Shown here: piece after piece, positions 25,649-35,641 of the stretch | Layout of the letters: each line of letters begins with the position of its first letter | Numbering within the stretch: the first letter of the stretch is position 1 | From: a virus | Lineage: Duplodnaviria > Caudoviricetes | IMG/VR virus record: IMGVR_UViG_3300048578_000409 | Span: 1-37,793 of that record | Reading direction: 5' to 3' (one strand) | Length of the DNA stretch: 37,793 bases | Notes under the pieces: generated by a model | Database searches by the model: none | What the model was told of the DNA's origin: nothing | What the model saw: the letters and a program-made list of their open reading frames with translations, nothing else | Position numbers and translations under genes: made by a program

Positions 25649-25953
25649 CCGAGGCAGCCCGGGTCTTTCACGCCCGGCTGCCGACGGACGAAGAACTCAG
25701 GAATACCGGGCTGACCCGGGACGATTACGCCGAAGAGTTCGAGGTCTGGCCCGAAAACTGGGAGACCTTCAGCCTCATCACCCTGATGGAAACCCAGTGG
25801 GAGGTCGGCTTCAGCAAGCCGATCGGCCTCAAGTACCCGGTGCTGTTCGATCTCATGGACCGCCGGGGCCTTCGCGGTGACGACTGGTGGCAGGTCTTCA
25901 ACGATGTGCGGGCCATGGAAGCGGCAGCACTCAAAGCGATGGGAGAAAAGTGA
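25639..25953 (+). CDS. -1 frameshift extension of the chaperone (gpGT; DUF1799-like)
   Basis: G GGA AAC at 25639-25645 opens the frame GKLTEAAR..EVWPENW..TQW..GLKY..MEAAAL. Confidence 0.85.
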   Translation, partial: GKLTEAARVFHARLPTDEELRNTGLTRDDYAEEFEVWPENWETFSLITLMETQWEVGFSKPIGLKYPVLFDLMDRRGLRGDDWWQVFNDVRAMEAAALKAMGEK

Positions 25954-28196
25954 TGTCCGACGACATGAAGATCCAGGGCGTTGTCGAGATGTCCAGCGAG
26001 AAGGCCGAAGCCGCCCTGAACCGGGTCGGCGACAAGGCCGAAGGCATGGCTGCCCGCGTCCGCGAGGCCGGGCAGAAGGCCGGCAAGGCTGCCGAGGCTG
26101 TGGGCGATGGTGCCGATAACGGTGCCGAGAAGTTTTCCCGCGCCGAGGGCCGCATCGTCGCCTCGATCAAGCGGGCCACCAGCAATCTGGAGCTGCTGGG
26201 AAAGACGGCATCCCAGAAGATCGAGATCAAGATTGCCGAGAAGGGGCTGGATGCTTCGAAGTTCAATCCCCTGCTGACCAAGCTGCGCGAGCTGGAAGCA
26301 GCACAAAACCGGGTTTCCGGGACTGGTCGCAGCTTCAGTGGTGCCCTGCAAAACACCAGCTACCAGTTACAAGATTTAATCGTTCAAGTGAACGGCGGAA
26401 CGGACGCGACCCGCGCCCTGGCCATGCAACTGCCGCAGATGCTGGTGGGCTTTGGTGCTGCTGGCGCCGCCGTTGGTGTGCTGGCAGCCCTGTTGCCCAA
26501 CCTGATCAAGGCCTTCGCTGATTCGACCGAAGGTGCCAAGGACTTCAAGGAGGCAATGTCTGATTACGACAAGGCCATCGGTGCAGTTGGTGAGGCCACC
26601 AAGTCGTTCGACATGGAGAACCTCTACGAGCAGTTCAACAAGTCGAGCACCGTTGTCCAGGCAGCCACCATGGAGCAGCTCCGGTTCCAGCAGGAGTTCC
26701 TGAAAACCAGCCAGATGATGGCCGGTAAGAAGTTCGGCGAATCCATCTCCGATCTCGGCTCCTACAGCACTTTGGACAAGCTGGCTGGTTCCCTGGGCAG
26801 TAGTGGGGCAGACAAGCTGGCCTCCCAGCTGGGTCTGTCGGCTGACGTTGCCCGCGACCTGTTGCCCGTCATCAAGGGGCTGCAGGCCGGCACCGAAGAC
26901 GTCAGCAACGCCTTCAACCGCTTCGGCACCCGTCTGCTCTCCGGCAATGCCAAGGCCCGGGAGTTGGCCTCCACCATGGGCGACCTGGCCAAGACGGACC
27001 GCGATGCCGCCGCCGCCTCCACCGCCATCTCCGGCGCCCTGGAAAAGATGGCGAACGGCCATGTAAAGACGAAGAAGGAAGCCGATGCCGCCAAGCAATC
27101 CACCAATGCCCTGCTCGATATTCTCGACCGGGTGAACGGCAAGGATGTGGGCCTCGATGCCAGCTACTGGAAGGACCTGCAGACCCTGCACAAGGCCTAC
27201 GATTCCGGCAGCCTTTCCCTGGATCGCTACCGGGACGCCGTCGAGAAGCTGACCCTGCAGCAGGATTTCGCCAAGAAGCCGGAAGAAGAGAAGCGCAAGG
27301 CCCTTGAAGAGTATGGCAAGGCCGTCGAGGCCATGGTCGGATCCCTGGAGGCTGAGGCGCTGAAGCTTGAAGTGCAGCTCCAGACCTACGGCATGACCCG
27401 GGAAGAGATCGAGCGCCTGACCATCGCCCGCCTGGAAGATGCCCGGGCTACCTCTGCTGCCGCCGGCGCCAGCGAAGACGCCCTGCGCGTATATGAGCGG
27501 GAGATCGAGGCCCGCAAGCGCATTGCCTCGGCCAGTTCCGGCATTGAAGTGCAGAAAAAGTCTGCCGAGGCGGCAAAGAAGGCGGAGCAGGACTGGGAGC
27601 GAGCTTCGGACAACATGTCCCGCTCCATCAGCGACGGCCTGATGCGCGGATTTGAAAGCGGAAAGTCATTCTCGGACGTGTTCCTGGATACGTTGAAGAA
27701 CGCCTTCGCCACCGCAGTGCTGCAGCCCATCATCAAGCCCATCGTCGATCCGGTGGCAAAGGGCATGAACGAGATCGGCGCCGATCTTGCCGGCTGGATG
27801 AAAAACATCTTCGGCTTTGCTGATGGCGGGGTGTTTGGTCCTGTGCATGCGTTTGCACAAGGCAGCGCCTTCCAGACCAATGCCATCCTGACCCAGCCGA
27901 CCCCGTTCATGTTCGCCTCCGGCGGCGCTTTCCGCCCTGCCGTTGCCGGTGAATCCGGTCCGGAGGCAGTGATGCCACTAACCCGAGACAGCAGCGGCCG
28001 CCTGGGGGTGCAGTCCGTCGGCGGCGCTGCAGCGCCTGAGCTGACGGTCCAGGTGATCAACACCGGTACGCCTCAGCAGGTCACCCGCACCCAGTCACGT
28101 TTTGACGGCCGCGCCATGCTGGTGGAGGTCTTCACTCAAGACATGCGGGATCGCGGCCCAATGCGGCAATCCATCGAATCCCTCATGGGGCGATAA
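25953..28196 (+). CDS. Tail tape measure protein
   Basis: Ala-rich and helical; YQLQDLIVQV.GG, FADGG and GESGPEAVMPL motifs. Confidence 0.92.
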   Translation: MSDDMKIQGVVEMSSEKAEAALNRVGDKAEGMAARVREAGQKAGKAAEAVGDGADNGAEKFSRAEGRIVASIKRATSNLELLGKTASQKIEIKIAEKGLDASKFNPLLTKLRELEAAQNRVSGTGRSFSGALQNTSYQLQDLIVQVNGGTDATRALAMQLPQMLVGFGAAGAAVGVLAALLPNLIKAFADSTEGAKDFKEAMSDYDKAIGAVGEATKSFDMENLYEQFNKSSTVVQAATMEQLRFQQEFLKTSQMMAGKKFGESISDLGSYSTLDKLAGSLGSSGADKLASQLGLSADVARDLLPVIKGLQAGTEDVSNAFNRFGTRLLSGNAKARELASTMGDLAKTDRDAAAASTAISGALEKMANGHVKTKKEADAAKQSTNALLDILDRVNGKDVGLDASYWKDLQTLHKAYDSGSLSLDRYRDAVEKLTLQQDFAKKPEEEKRKALEEYGKAVEAMVGSLEAEALKLEVQLQTYGMTREEIERLTIARLEDARATSAAAGASEDALRVYEREIEARKRIASASSGIEVQKKSAEAAKKAEQDWERASDNMSRSISDGLMRGFESGKSFSDVFLDTLKNAFATAVLQPIIKPIVDPVAKGMNEIGADLAGWMKNIFGFADGGVFGPVHAFAQGSAFQTNAILTQPTPFMFASGGAFRPAVAGESGPEAVMPLTRDSSGRLGVQSVGGAAAPELTVQVINTGTPQQVTRTQSRFDGRAMLVEVFTQDMRDRGPMRQSIESLMGR

Positions 28197-28550
28197 ATGC
28201 AGACCTTCCCCGACTATCTCCAACGCCTGGCTGAAGGCTATGCCGAAACGCCGGAAAACGCGGTTGATCGCACCGAGATGGAGAAGGGGCCGCCGAAGCA
28301 GCGCCAGGTGCTGAGCCGGGTCATGGTGTCCCGTCCCATGAACTACCTGGCCATGGGTCAGCAAGCCTATGACGACTGGGGCGAGTGGTTCAAGTCCATC
28401 GGCCGTGGCGCGGCATGGTTCTGGTGGAAAGACCCGATGCGGGGCACGGTAAAACGAGCCCGCATTCAGGGTGGAACCCTGTCCCAGACCTTGCTCGTTT
28501 CGAGCCAGAAGGTCTGGAAGATATCTTTCACCCTGGAGACCTGGGAATGA
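28197..28550 (+). CDS. Distal tail protein
   Basis: RTEMEKGPPKQR..WF..GAAWFWW.DP; directly after the tape measure gene. Confidence 0.75.
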   Translation: MQTFPDYLQRLAEGYAETPENAVDRTEMEKGPPKQRQVLSRVMVSRPMNYLAMGQQAYDDWGEWFKSIGRGAAWFWWKDPMRGTVKRARIQGGTLSQTLLVSSQKVWKISFTLETWE

Positions 28551-29203
28551 CGTCCTCCAACCTCTCTCCCCGCGCCCGCCGGGCCCTGCTCTCCACCGGG
28601 GCCGATGAGTACCCCCTGGTATGTGTCGAGATTCACCACCCCAGCCTGCTGGAGCCGGCCCGGGTGGTTTGCGATAACGACGACTTCCCCATGGGGGTGG
28701 ATCGCCTATGGCTGCCGGGCCAGGCTGTGGCCGCCGGCGATGTGGCCGCCCCTTCCGAGTACACCGGGCGCTACTACGTCTGCACCCAGGCCGGCATCAC
28801 CGGCGCCACAGAACCTGAATGGCCCGGCGATGGCCAGACTGTGGCCGACGGCAGCGCCGTGTGGGGCGTAGGCGGCCCACAGTACCGAGCCTGTGCCTTC
28901 CGCTACACCCTACCGGACGATCTCAAGGGCCAGCTGCCGCGGGCCGACCTGGCCCTGGACAACGTGGGCCGGGAGCTGATGGACGTGATCGAGGAGAGCG
29001 GCGGCGCCGTCGATGCCCGGGTACGCATCTTCCAGGCCATGCGGGCCACGCCCGACGTGATCGAGTGGCAGGTGTGGGTCGGCAACAAGTCCATCCGCGC
29101 CACCATGCAGGAGGTCGTCATGACCCTCGGCTACGAAAACCTCCTGGAGCTGCCTGCCTGTGGCCTCTCCTACCGGCCCGACGTGGCCCCGGGGCTGTTC
29201 TGA
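28547..29203 (+). CDS. DUF1833-like tail protein with an inserted carbohydrate-binding-like module
   Basis: VEIHHPSL..RVVCDNDD [insert W.PGQ...GRYYVCTQAGITGATEPEWP..DGSAVW] ACAF...LPDD..PRADLALDNV..YRPDVAPGLF. Confidence 0.75.
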   Translation: MTSSNLSPRARRALLSTGADEYPLVCVEIHHPSLLEPARVVCDNDDFPMGVDRLWLPGQAVAAGDVAAPSEYTGRYYVCTQAGITGATEPEWPGDGQTVADGSAVWGVGGPQYRACAFRYTLPDDLKGQLPRADLALDNVGRELMDVIEESGGAVDARVRIFQAMRATPDVIEWQVWVGNKSIRATMQEVVMTLGYENLLELPACGLSYRPDVAPGLF

Positions 29204-29589
29204 TGGCCCACTGGTCCGAACACTACGTCGGCCAGCCCTTCGTGCTGGATGAGAAGGACTGCGCCTGGTGGGCCGAAGAAATCCTCCGCCGCCAGTTCGG
29301 CCGCACCGTGTGCCTGCCCACCGACCGGGCCGGCGGCCACCGGGGCAAAGCCCGCCAGATTCAGGAAGCCCTGTCCGACTACTGCCACCCCACAGATACC
29401 CCCGCCGAAGGCGACGCCGTGATCATGGTCAGCCGTGGGGCTCTCTACCACATCGGCCTCTATGCCGAGATCGGCGGCCGCCCCTGGGTGGTGCACGCCG
29501 CACAAAACGCTGGCCAGGTCGTCCGCACCCGCCTGCGGGATCTCGAGCGGGAGGGCCTGGTGCTGGAAGGAATCTACCGATGGAAGTGA
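29203..29589 (+). CDS. NlpC/P60-like tail protein
   Basis: HWSEHYVGQPF..DCAWW..EGDAVIM..HIGLY..VVHA. Confidence 0.8.
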   Translation: MAHWSEHYVGQPFVLDEKDCAWWAEEILRRQFGRTVCLPTDRAGGHRGKARQIQEALSDYCHPTDTPAEGDAVIMVSRGALYHIGLYAEIGGRPWVVHAAQNAGQVVRTRLRDLEREGLVLEGIYRWK

Positions 29590-32500
29590 TGCAGCCCGAA
29601 ACCCGCCTGATCTACTGCCCGCACCCGGTGGTTTCCCAGCAGGGCCGCCGCATCGTGCGTGCCGACTTTCTGCCCGGCGAGAGCATTGCCGAGTACCTGG
29701 AGCGCCACGGCCTGACCTTCACCGGACTGCCGGTGGACCTGCGCCTGGAAGGCGCCCATGTGCCCCGCGCCATGTGGGCCCGGGTGCGCCCGAAGAACGG
29801 CCAGACCATCACCATCCGCGCCGTCATGCACGGCGGTGGCGGCGGTGGCTCCAACCCCATCAAGACGGTGCTCTCCATTGCGCTGATGGTCTACGCCCCC
29901 GGAATTTCCAACTGGATCTATGAGGGCGTTTCCGCAGCCGGAGCCGGCGCGTGGCTGACTGCAACCGGCATGAAGGTATTGAGCGGAGTGGTCGGCATCG
30001 GCGGCTCCATCCTGCTCAATCGCATGATGCCGGACGCCAAGCCGGCAATCTCCCAGGCCAACGGCCGCTACAACTCCGAGGCCGTCAGCCCCACCTACAG
30101 CCTTACCGGCGGCAGCAACCGTACCCGGCTCTATGAGCCCCTGCCCATCGTTTTCGGCACCCACCGGGTATTCCCGGACCTGGCCGCCAAGACCTACACC
30201 GAGTACCAAGGCGACGACCAGTACCTCTACCAGATCTTCAACTTCGGCGTTTCCGACCTGTCTCTGGATGATTTCCGCATCGGCGCCACCCCCATCTCCG
30301 CCTACAGCGGCGTTGAAATACAGATCTCCGGCGACGATGGCAAGCTGACCCTGTTCCCGGGAAATGTGGATACGGTGGAAGGCGGAACGCTGACCTACGC
30401 CGGCGGCCCGGTGGAGCGCATCAGCAGCCCGCGGACCCGGCGCATCGCCATCGATATCGTCGGCAATCTCTATGCCGTAGGAGACGCCGGGGTATCAGAG
30501 GCGGTGGTGCAGCTGAAAATTGAGTACAAGCGCGAAGGGGAGTCGGAGTACCGCCTGTTTGATGTCGGGATGGAGACCCGCCAGTACACCCATTACTGGT
30601 CCGCCGGTCGCTATATTCCATCGACCACGGAAGGGGGGCCGAATGTCTGGTACCAGGTTGGATACGGCAACTCAGATCCGGCCGCCCACCAGAACGGCGA
30701 CGAGCACTCGCCAGGAAATACTTGGCGCTGGCGCTCGTTCGGCGAAATTGCGCGCTACACCCCTGGTTTCACCAACCCCATCAGCGGCGAGGTGATTCGA
30801 GAGCCGGTATTTAAAGACTGGGATGCAGATCCGCACCCGCCGGTCTACTACCAGGTTCCATCGCCAATCGTCACTATTCGGAATGCCAGTTCCAAGCCGG
30901 TTCGGCTGACATTCGCCGCCGATATGCCGGAAGAGGGCATCTATCGCCTCCGGGTCACTCGACTGACGGCCGACAGCACCAGCGACCGTCTGATCAGCAA
31001 CCTCTCCTGGTCCGTCATGCGCTCCTATCAACCGGACGAAGCCAACTACAGCGGCCAGACCCGGGTGGCCTTGAAGATCAAGGCCAGCGGCCAACTCAAC
31101 GGCCAGGTAGAGCAGTTCAACGCTCTGGCCACGGCTCGTGTGCCCGTACTGGGCCCCAACGGTTGGACCATCGCGCCCACCCGCAACCCCGCCTGGCAGT
31201 TTCTCTGGTTTGCCCGGGGCAAGAAGGTCGGCGCCAAGCGCTACTACGGCGCCTGCCTGGGCGAGGAGTTCATTGATCTTCCGGCCATAGAAGACTTTGC
31301 GGCTTTCTGCGACGCCAAGGGCCTGCACTTCGATGCCGTGTTCACCAGCACCCAGAGCTGCATCGAGGTGCTGAACCGAATCGCCTTCGTCGGCCGCGGC
31401 AGCACCAGCTGGGGATCGGGCAAGCTTGCTCCAATTTGGGACGAAGGCGGCCGGCCCTATGTGACCGTGATCAACATGGCCGACATCAAGCCCGGCAGCT
31501 TTCAGGTCTCCTACGTCAGCGAGAACCTGGCGGAAGAGATCGTCGGCACCTTCGTGAACAAGGAGAAGGAGTGGGAGCAGGACCAGGTGCGGGCCCTGGT
31601 GCCCGGGGTGACCACGCCCAGCAGCACTGCCACGGTGGAGCTTTTCGGCATCGTTGATCCGGCCCTGGCCGGCCGTGCGGTTAACCTGCAGGCCGCCGCC
31701 CATGCCTACCTGCGGCGCGACATCGGCTGGGAGATGGATGAATCCCGGCTGATCTTCGGCCGCGGCGACGTGGTCATGCTGGCTCACGACATGACCAACT
31801 GGGGCAAGGGAGGCCGAGTAGTGGCCTGCGACGGCCGCCAGATCCTGCTGGATGAGGCGGTCAGCTTCGGTGGCAAAAGCCAGCACTGGCTCGTGCTGGT
31901 CTGGCCGGATGGCCGCCAGCACCTTTTCCGGGTGCAAAGCGGAGAGGGCGAGACCGACCGGCTGACCCTGCTGGGAGACTGGCCTGCCGATACGGAGGGG
32001 GAAGAAACCATCCCCTGGCCGGTCCCCGATACCGATGCGGCCAGCCAGCCCTGCGATTACCGCTGGGTATTCGACTTCAAGGAAACCCCGGGTAAGCTGG
32101 TGAAGATCACCGGCATCCAGCCGCTCAATGGTGGCGGGGCCCGCATCCAGGCCCAGGACGAAGACCCGCGCTACTACGCCGCCGAGTTCAACGACTATAC
32201 CTATATCCCGCCAGGGGAGGCCGGCGGCAAGGTGCCCACCCTTTCCCGGTTGGAGATCAGCGAAGAACTGGTGCGGGTCGGTACCGGCTTTGGCGTCATG
32301 CTGACGGTGACCCTGGACGTTTCCGGCCCCTTCGAGCTGGCCATCGTGCGGGCCGGCCACAATGGCGGCCCCCTGGTGGAGGTGGGCCGGGTCTTCGGCC
32401 GCCGCCTGACCTGGCAGGCCCAGGACTCCGGCCAGCTGCAGATCGAGGTCACCGCCATCTCTCCCAGTGGCGAGACCGGCGAAGCCAGCCGAAAAGCGGT

Positions 32501-33542
32501 GGATTACACCATCGCCGGCAAGGCAAAGCCGCCGGCGGATGTGGCTGGGTTCAGCATTTCTGGCCAGACCCTTTCCTGGCCAGTAGTTGCCGACATCGAT
32601 CTGGCGGGGTACCGCATCCGCTTCAACAATGGCCGGGACTTCAACTGGGCCACTGCCACCCCGCTACACGAAGGCTTGGTCACTGGCAGCCCCTGGCCCA
32701 TTCCCTACTGGCCGGCGGGGCAGATCACCATCCTGGTGAAGGCAGAGGACACCAGCGGCAACCAGAGCCTCAACCCGGCCTACATCATCACGGATCTGGG
32801 TGACCCCAAGATCACCAACGTGGTGGAAGTTGCCGATCTGGCGGCGGCCGGATGGCCTGGCGTCATTACTGGCGCTGCCGTGGCGCCGGGAGGTGAGCTG
32901 CAGGCAGAAGAGACCAGCCGCTTTTACCAGGCCGATGGCAACCGGAAGTTCTACCAGGCCGACGCCCGGGCCAAGCTATACCCGCTGGCAACCTATGCAG
33001 CGGCGTCTTGGACGTCGGAGTGGATCAGCTTCGGCACCATGCCGGCGGGGACGGTGCTGGTCGCCCAGCTCTCGGCAACGCCTGGGGCCAGGCTGTACTA
33101 CCGCCTGCGCTCTTCCGCCCCGTTCTACCCGGCGACCACCGGAGGGAAGTTCTACAAGGCCTCCGCCGAAAAGTTCTATGCCCCGGCAACTGATTGGGCC
33201 CTGCTACCGGCCGCCATGCCGCTGCCGCCTGCGCCCCTGCAGCTTCGTCTGGAGCTTCCGGGCGGTGCAGAGCAGGGGGTTGCCACCGGGCTGGAATTGA
33301 TCGCCGACGCGCCGGACCGTGCCTTCTCCTTTGAGAACTTCGTGCTGGACGCGGGTGGGACCGATGTTCCGCTCCCGGCCGACGTCATCAAGGTCAAGGG
33401 CGTGAACATCACCCTGATGGACGACGGCCACGGCGCCGTCACCGTGAAGATCGTCGATAAGGACATCCCCCGCCTGCGGGCTTTCAATGCCGCCGGCGTC
33501 GGGGTCCCTGCCACTACCTACGTTGAAGTGAAATCCTATTAG
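29580..33542 (+). CDS. Host-specificity central tail tip protein (TipJ-like)
   Basis: SPTYSL.GG.N..LYEPLPIVFG.HRVFPD, TRNPAW and FNIII-like GKAKPPADV segments. Confidence 0.9.
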   Translation: MEVMQPETRLIYCPHPVVSQQGRRIVRADFLPGESIAEYLERHGLTFTGLPVDLRLEGAHVPRAMWARVRPKNGQTITIRAVMHGGGGGGSNPIKTVLSIALMVYAPGISNWIYEGVSAAGAGAWLTATGMKVLSGVVGIGGSILLNRMMPDAKPAISQANGRYNSEAVSPTYSLTGGSNRTRLYEPLPIVFGTHRVFPDLAAKTYTEYQGDDQYLYQIFNFGVSDLSLDDFRIGATPISAYSGVEIQISGDDGKLTLFPGNVDTVEGGTLTYAGGPVERISSPRTRRIAIDIVGNLYAVGDAGVSEAVVQLKIEYKREGESEYRLFDVGMETRQYTHYWSAGRYIPSTTEGGPNVWYQVGYGNSDPAAHQNGDEHSPGNTWRWRSFGEIARYTPGFTNPISGEVIREPVFKDWDADPHPPVYYQVPSPIVTIRNASSKPVRLTFAADMPEEGIYRLRVTRLTADSTSDRLISNLSWSVMRSYQPDEANYSGQTRVALKIKASGQLNGQVEQFNALATARVPVLGPNGWTIAPTRNPAWQFLWFARGKKVGAKRYYGACLGEEFIDLPAIEDFAAFCDAKGLHFDAVFTSTQSCIEVLNRIAFVGRGSTSWGSGKLAPIWDEGGRPYVTVINMADIKPGSFQVSYVSENLAEEIVGTFVNKEKEWEQDQVRALVPGVTTPSSTATVELFGIVDPALAGRAVNLQAAAHAYLRRDIGWEMDESRLIFGRGDVVMLAHDMTNWGKGGRVVACDGRQILLDEAVSFGGKSQHWLVLVWPDGRQHLFRVQSGEGETDRLTLLGDWPADTEGEETIPWPVPDTDAASQPCDYRWVFDFKETPGKLVKITGIQPLNGGGARIQAQDEDPRYYAAEFNDYTYIPPGEAGGKVPTLSRLEISEELVRVGTGFGVMLTVTLDVSGPFELAIVRAGHNGGPLVEVGRVFGRRLTWQAQDSGQLQIEVTAISPSGETGEASRKAVDYTIAGKAKPPADVAGFSISGQTLSWPVVADIDLAGYRIRFNNGRDFNWATATPLHEGLVTGSPWPIPYWPAGQITILVKAEDTSGNQSLNPAYIITDLGDPKITNVVEVADLAAAGWPGVITGAAVAPGGELQAEETSRFYQADGNRKFYQADARAKLYPLATYAAASWTSEWISFGTMPAGTVLVAQLSATPGARLYYRLRSSAPFYPATTGGKFYKASAEKFYAPATDWALLPAAMPLPPAPLQLRLELPGGAEQGVATGLELIADAPDRAFSFENFVLDAGGTDVPLPADVIKVKGVNITLMDDGHGAVTVKIVDKDIPRLRAFNAAGVGVPATTYVEVKSY

Positions 33543-33550
33543 GAGGACCT

Positions 33551-34987
33551 ATGCCGACCTACCCATTGCCGGCCAAGCTCGATCTCGTTGGAGATCCGGA
33601 GACCTACAAATTTCAGGAGGCCCTGGGGGCTCTCTATGAGCACCAGAAGGCTCTGTTAGGCGCCACCGGATCGGCTGCCGCCGCCCGTATTGCCCTGGGC
33701 ATCGATGGGCCTTTCGAGGAGGTGGCGGCCGGCGGCACTGCGGCCGTTGGTGCCACCGCCTCTGCCAACGTGCTTGTGAGCGGCGCTGCCACCATCAATA
33801 GCCTCGGTGCCGTCGATGCCGGTGTCGGTCGGCGCCTTTACTTCTCCGGCGCCTGCCAGCTGGTGAAAAGTGCCAACCTGGTGATTCATGGGGGCGCCAG
33901 CTGGACCACGGCGGCCGGGGATCAGGCGGACGTGATTTCCCTGGGTTCCGGTGTCTGGCAGGTTTTCCCCATGCCGCTGGCCAGCGGATCATCTGGCAGT
34001 GTTTCTTCCAGCCTGATGAAGGCCGATCCGCTGTCCGTGGCTTTCATCAAGACGGCGGCCGGTGCTGCCAGCATCAAGGCTGGGACAACCGTATCGGTTG
34101 CCGGCAAGGCCGTCACGTTCGCATCGGATACCGCCATTACCATGCCTACGCTCACGGCTGGCACCGACTACGCCGTGTGGGTGAAGGACGATGCCACCAT
34201 CCAGGCCAGCAGCAGCTTTTCGGCTGCACCCGGCACGGGGAACTGGAAAAAGATCGGCGGCTTCCATTACGCCCCTGGCGGAAATGCCGCCGCCCAGGCC
34301 GGCGGCGACACCACGCCAGCCATCAATCCCTACTCGTTCTGGGACTTGAAGTGGAGGCCGTCCGTCGCAGATCCGCGAGGGCTCACATTGATGCCTGGCG
34401 GAAATGCGTGGGGATTCATCTACTTCCTTGGCGTCGATCACATTGCCAACGGGCCGAGCCGCTACAACGTGTCTATCGCAGATGGAGTGAACCCCCCCAA
34501 AATTCCTTTGGCCTTCGGTGGAAACGGGGCGACCGCCTACAGTTCTTTCAACCGGTGGGAAGCCGCCGAAGTTCTGGCCGCTTATGGGTTCCGGCTTCCA
34601 ACCTACGACGAATTCGCCGCCATGGCCTACGGAACAACCGAGGCAACTTCAAGCGGAGGAACTGACGTTCCAACTACGGGCGTCACCGGCACTGGTGCGA
34701 CAAACGCTTGGAACAAATTCACTTCACGCTGTGGTGTCATCCAGGCTACGGGGTGCATGTGGATTTGGGGCAGGGAGTTCGGCGGCGGTGCGGCCGGCGC
34801 AAGCTGGACGGCCAACACTGGCGGGCGCGGCAGCACGTACCAGATGGAAAACGCCGTCCTCCTTGGGGGCAACTGGGGCTACACGCCTCAGTCCGGTTCT
34901 CGTTGTTCGGATTGGAGTGCCTCGCCCGCGTACTCGAGCAACATCATCGGGGCGCGCGGCGTCTGTGACCACCTGGTTATTGACTAA
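33551..34987 (+). CDS. Tail fibre / receptor-binding protein with Mtd-like (BPP-1 major tropism determinant) CLec domain
   Basis: MPTLTAGTDYAVW, IGGFHYAPG, INPYSFWDLKWRP..DPRG, LPTYDEF, QATGCMWIWG, LLGGNW...SGSR..W..SP..S...GARGVCDHL. Confidence 0.88.
   Translation: MPTYPLPAKLDLVGDPETYKFQEALGALYEHQKALLGATGSAAAARIALGIDGPFEEVAAGGTAAVGATASANVLVSGAATINSLGAVDAGVGRRLYFSGACQLVKSANLVIHGGASWTTAAGDQADVISLGSGVWQVFPMPLASGSSGSVSSSLMKADPLSVAFIKTAAGAASIKAGTTVSVAGKAVTFASDTAITMPTLTAGTDYAVWVKDDATIQASSSFSAAPGTGNWKKIGGFHYAPGGNAAAQAGGDTTPAINPYSFWDLKWRPSVADPRGLTLMPGGNAWGFIYFLGVDHIANGPSRYNVSIADGVNPPKIPLAFGGNGATAYSSFNRWEAAEVLAAYGFRLPTYDEFAAMAYGTTEATSSGGTDVPTTGVTGTGATNAWNKFTSRCGVIQATGCMWIWGREFGGGAAGASWTANTGGRGSTYQMENAVLLGGNWGYTPQSGSRCSDWSASPAYSSNIIGARGVCDHLVID
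34852..34982 (+). other. DGR variable-region-like segment with a 14-nt G/C run and IMH-like 21-mer
   Basis: CGGGGCGCGCGGCG at 34948-34961, then TCTGTGACCACCTGGTTATTG. Variable-site codons keep a pyrimidine third base. Confidence 0.75.
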
Positions 34988-34992
34988 AGGAG

Positions 34993-35475
34993 ATGGCGAT
35001 GCAGAACATCATCAACAGCCGGGAAGACCTGGACCGGGTATCGAACACGCCGGCCTACGCCGCCTTCATGGCCATGCTGGCCGGATCCCTGTGGCGCCTG
35101 GAGAAGGACGACCAGGCCGCGGCCTGGGTGGCGGTGGAGGACAACAGCACCATCGAGCGCTTCGGCTTCACCCGGGCCGACTTCCCAGGCGCCAACCCGC
35201 CGCCCCTGCCGGCATACGAAGCACCGGCCGTGGTTGTTCAGGCGGCCGTCAGCCGCCGCCAGGGGCGCCTGGCCCTGATCGATGCCGGTCTGCTTGACCA
35301 GGTTGAGGCGTACATCGGGAGCCTGGAAGACCAACGGGACCGGCGAATAGCCCAGGTTGAGTACGACGCCGACACCTGGGAGCGTCGCAATCCCTTCCTC
35401 TGCCAGCTGTGGTATGCCATGGGTAAGAGCGAGTCGGAGCTGGATGCGCTGTTTGTGCTGGCGGCCGGGCTGTAG
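34993..35475 (+). CDS. Hypothetical tail-associated protein
   Basis: AAGGAG RBS; IINSREDLD..FM.MLAGSL N-terminus and VSRRQGRLAL..LD.LF..AA C-terminus (tail-fibre-assembly-like). Confidence 0.7.
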   Translation: MAMQNIINSREDLDRVSNTPAYAAFMAMLAGSLWRLEKDDQAAAWVAVEDNSTIERFGFTRADFPGANPPPLPAYEAPAVVVQAAVSRRQGRLALIDAGLLDQVEAYIGSLEDQRDRRIAQVEYDADTWERRNPFLCQLWYAMGKSESELDALFVLAAGL

Positions 35476-35641
35476 TTAGGCAGTACGGCACCGGGGAAAC
35501 CCCGGGCCGGGCCCACATGAGGCCAAGACGAACAAGGGGAGCCTTCAATTCTCGCGAGGCTCGCTATGAAAAGACTTTGTTGGGGCGGCTCCTGCTGCCC
35601 CGTTCCTGGGGCCGCTCTTCAATCTGAAAAGGAGGGCGGGA

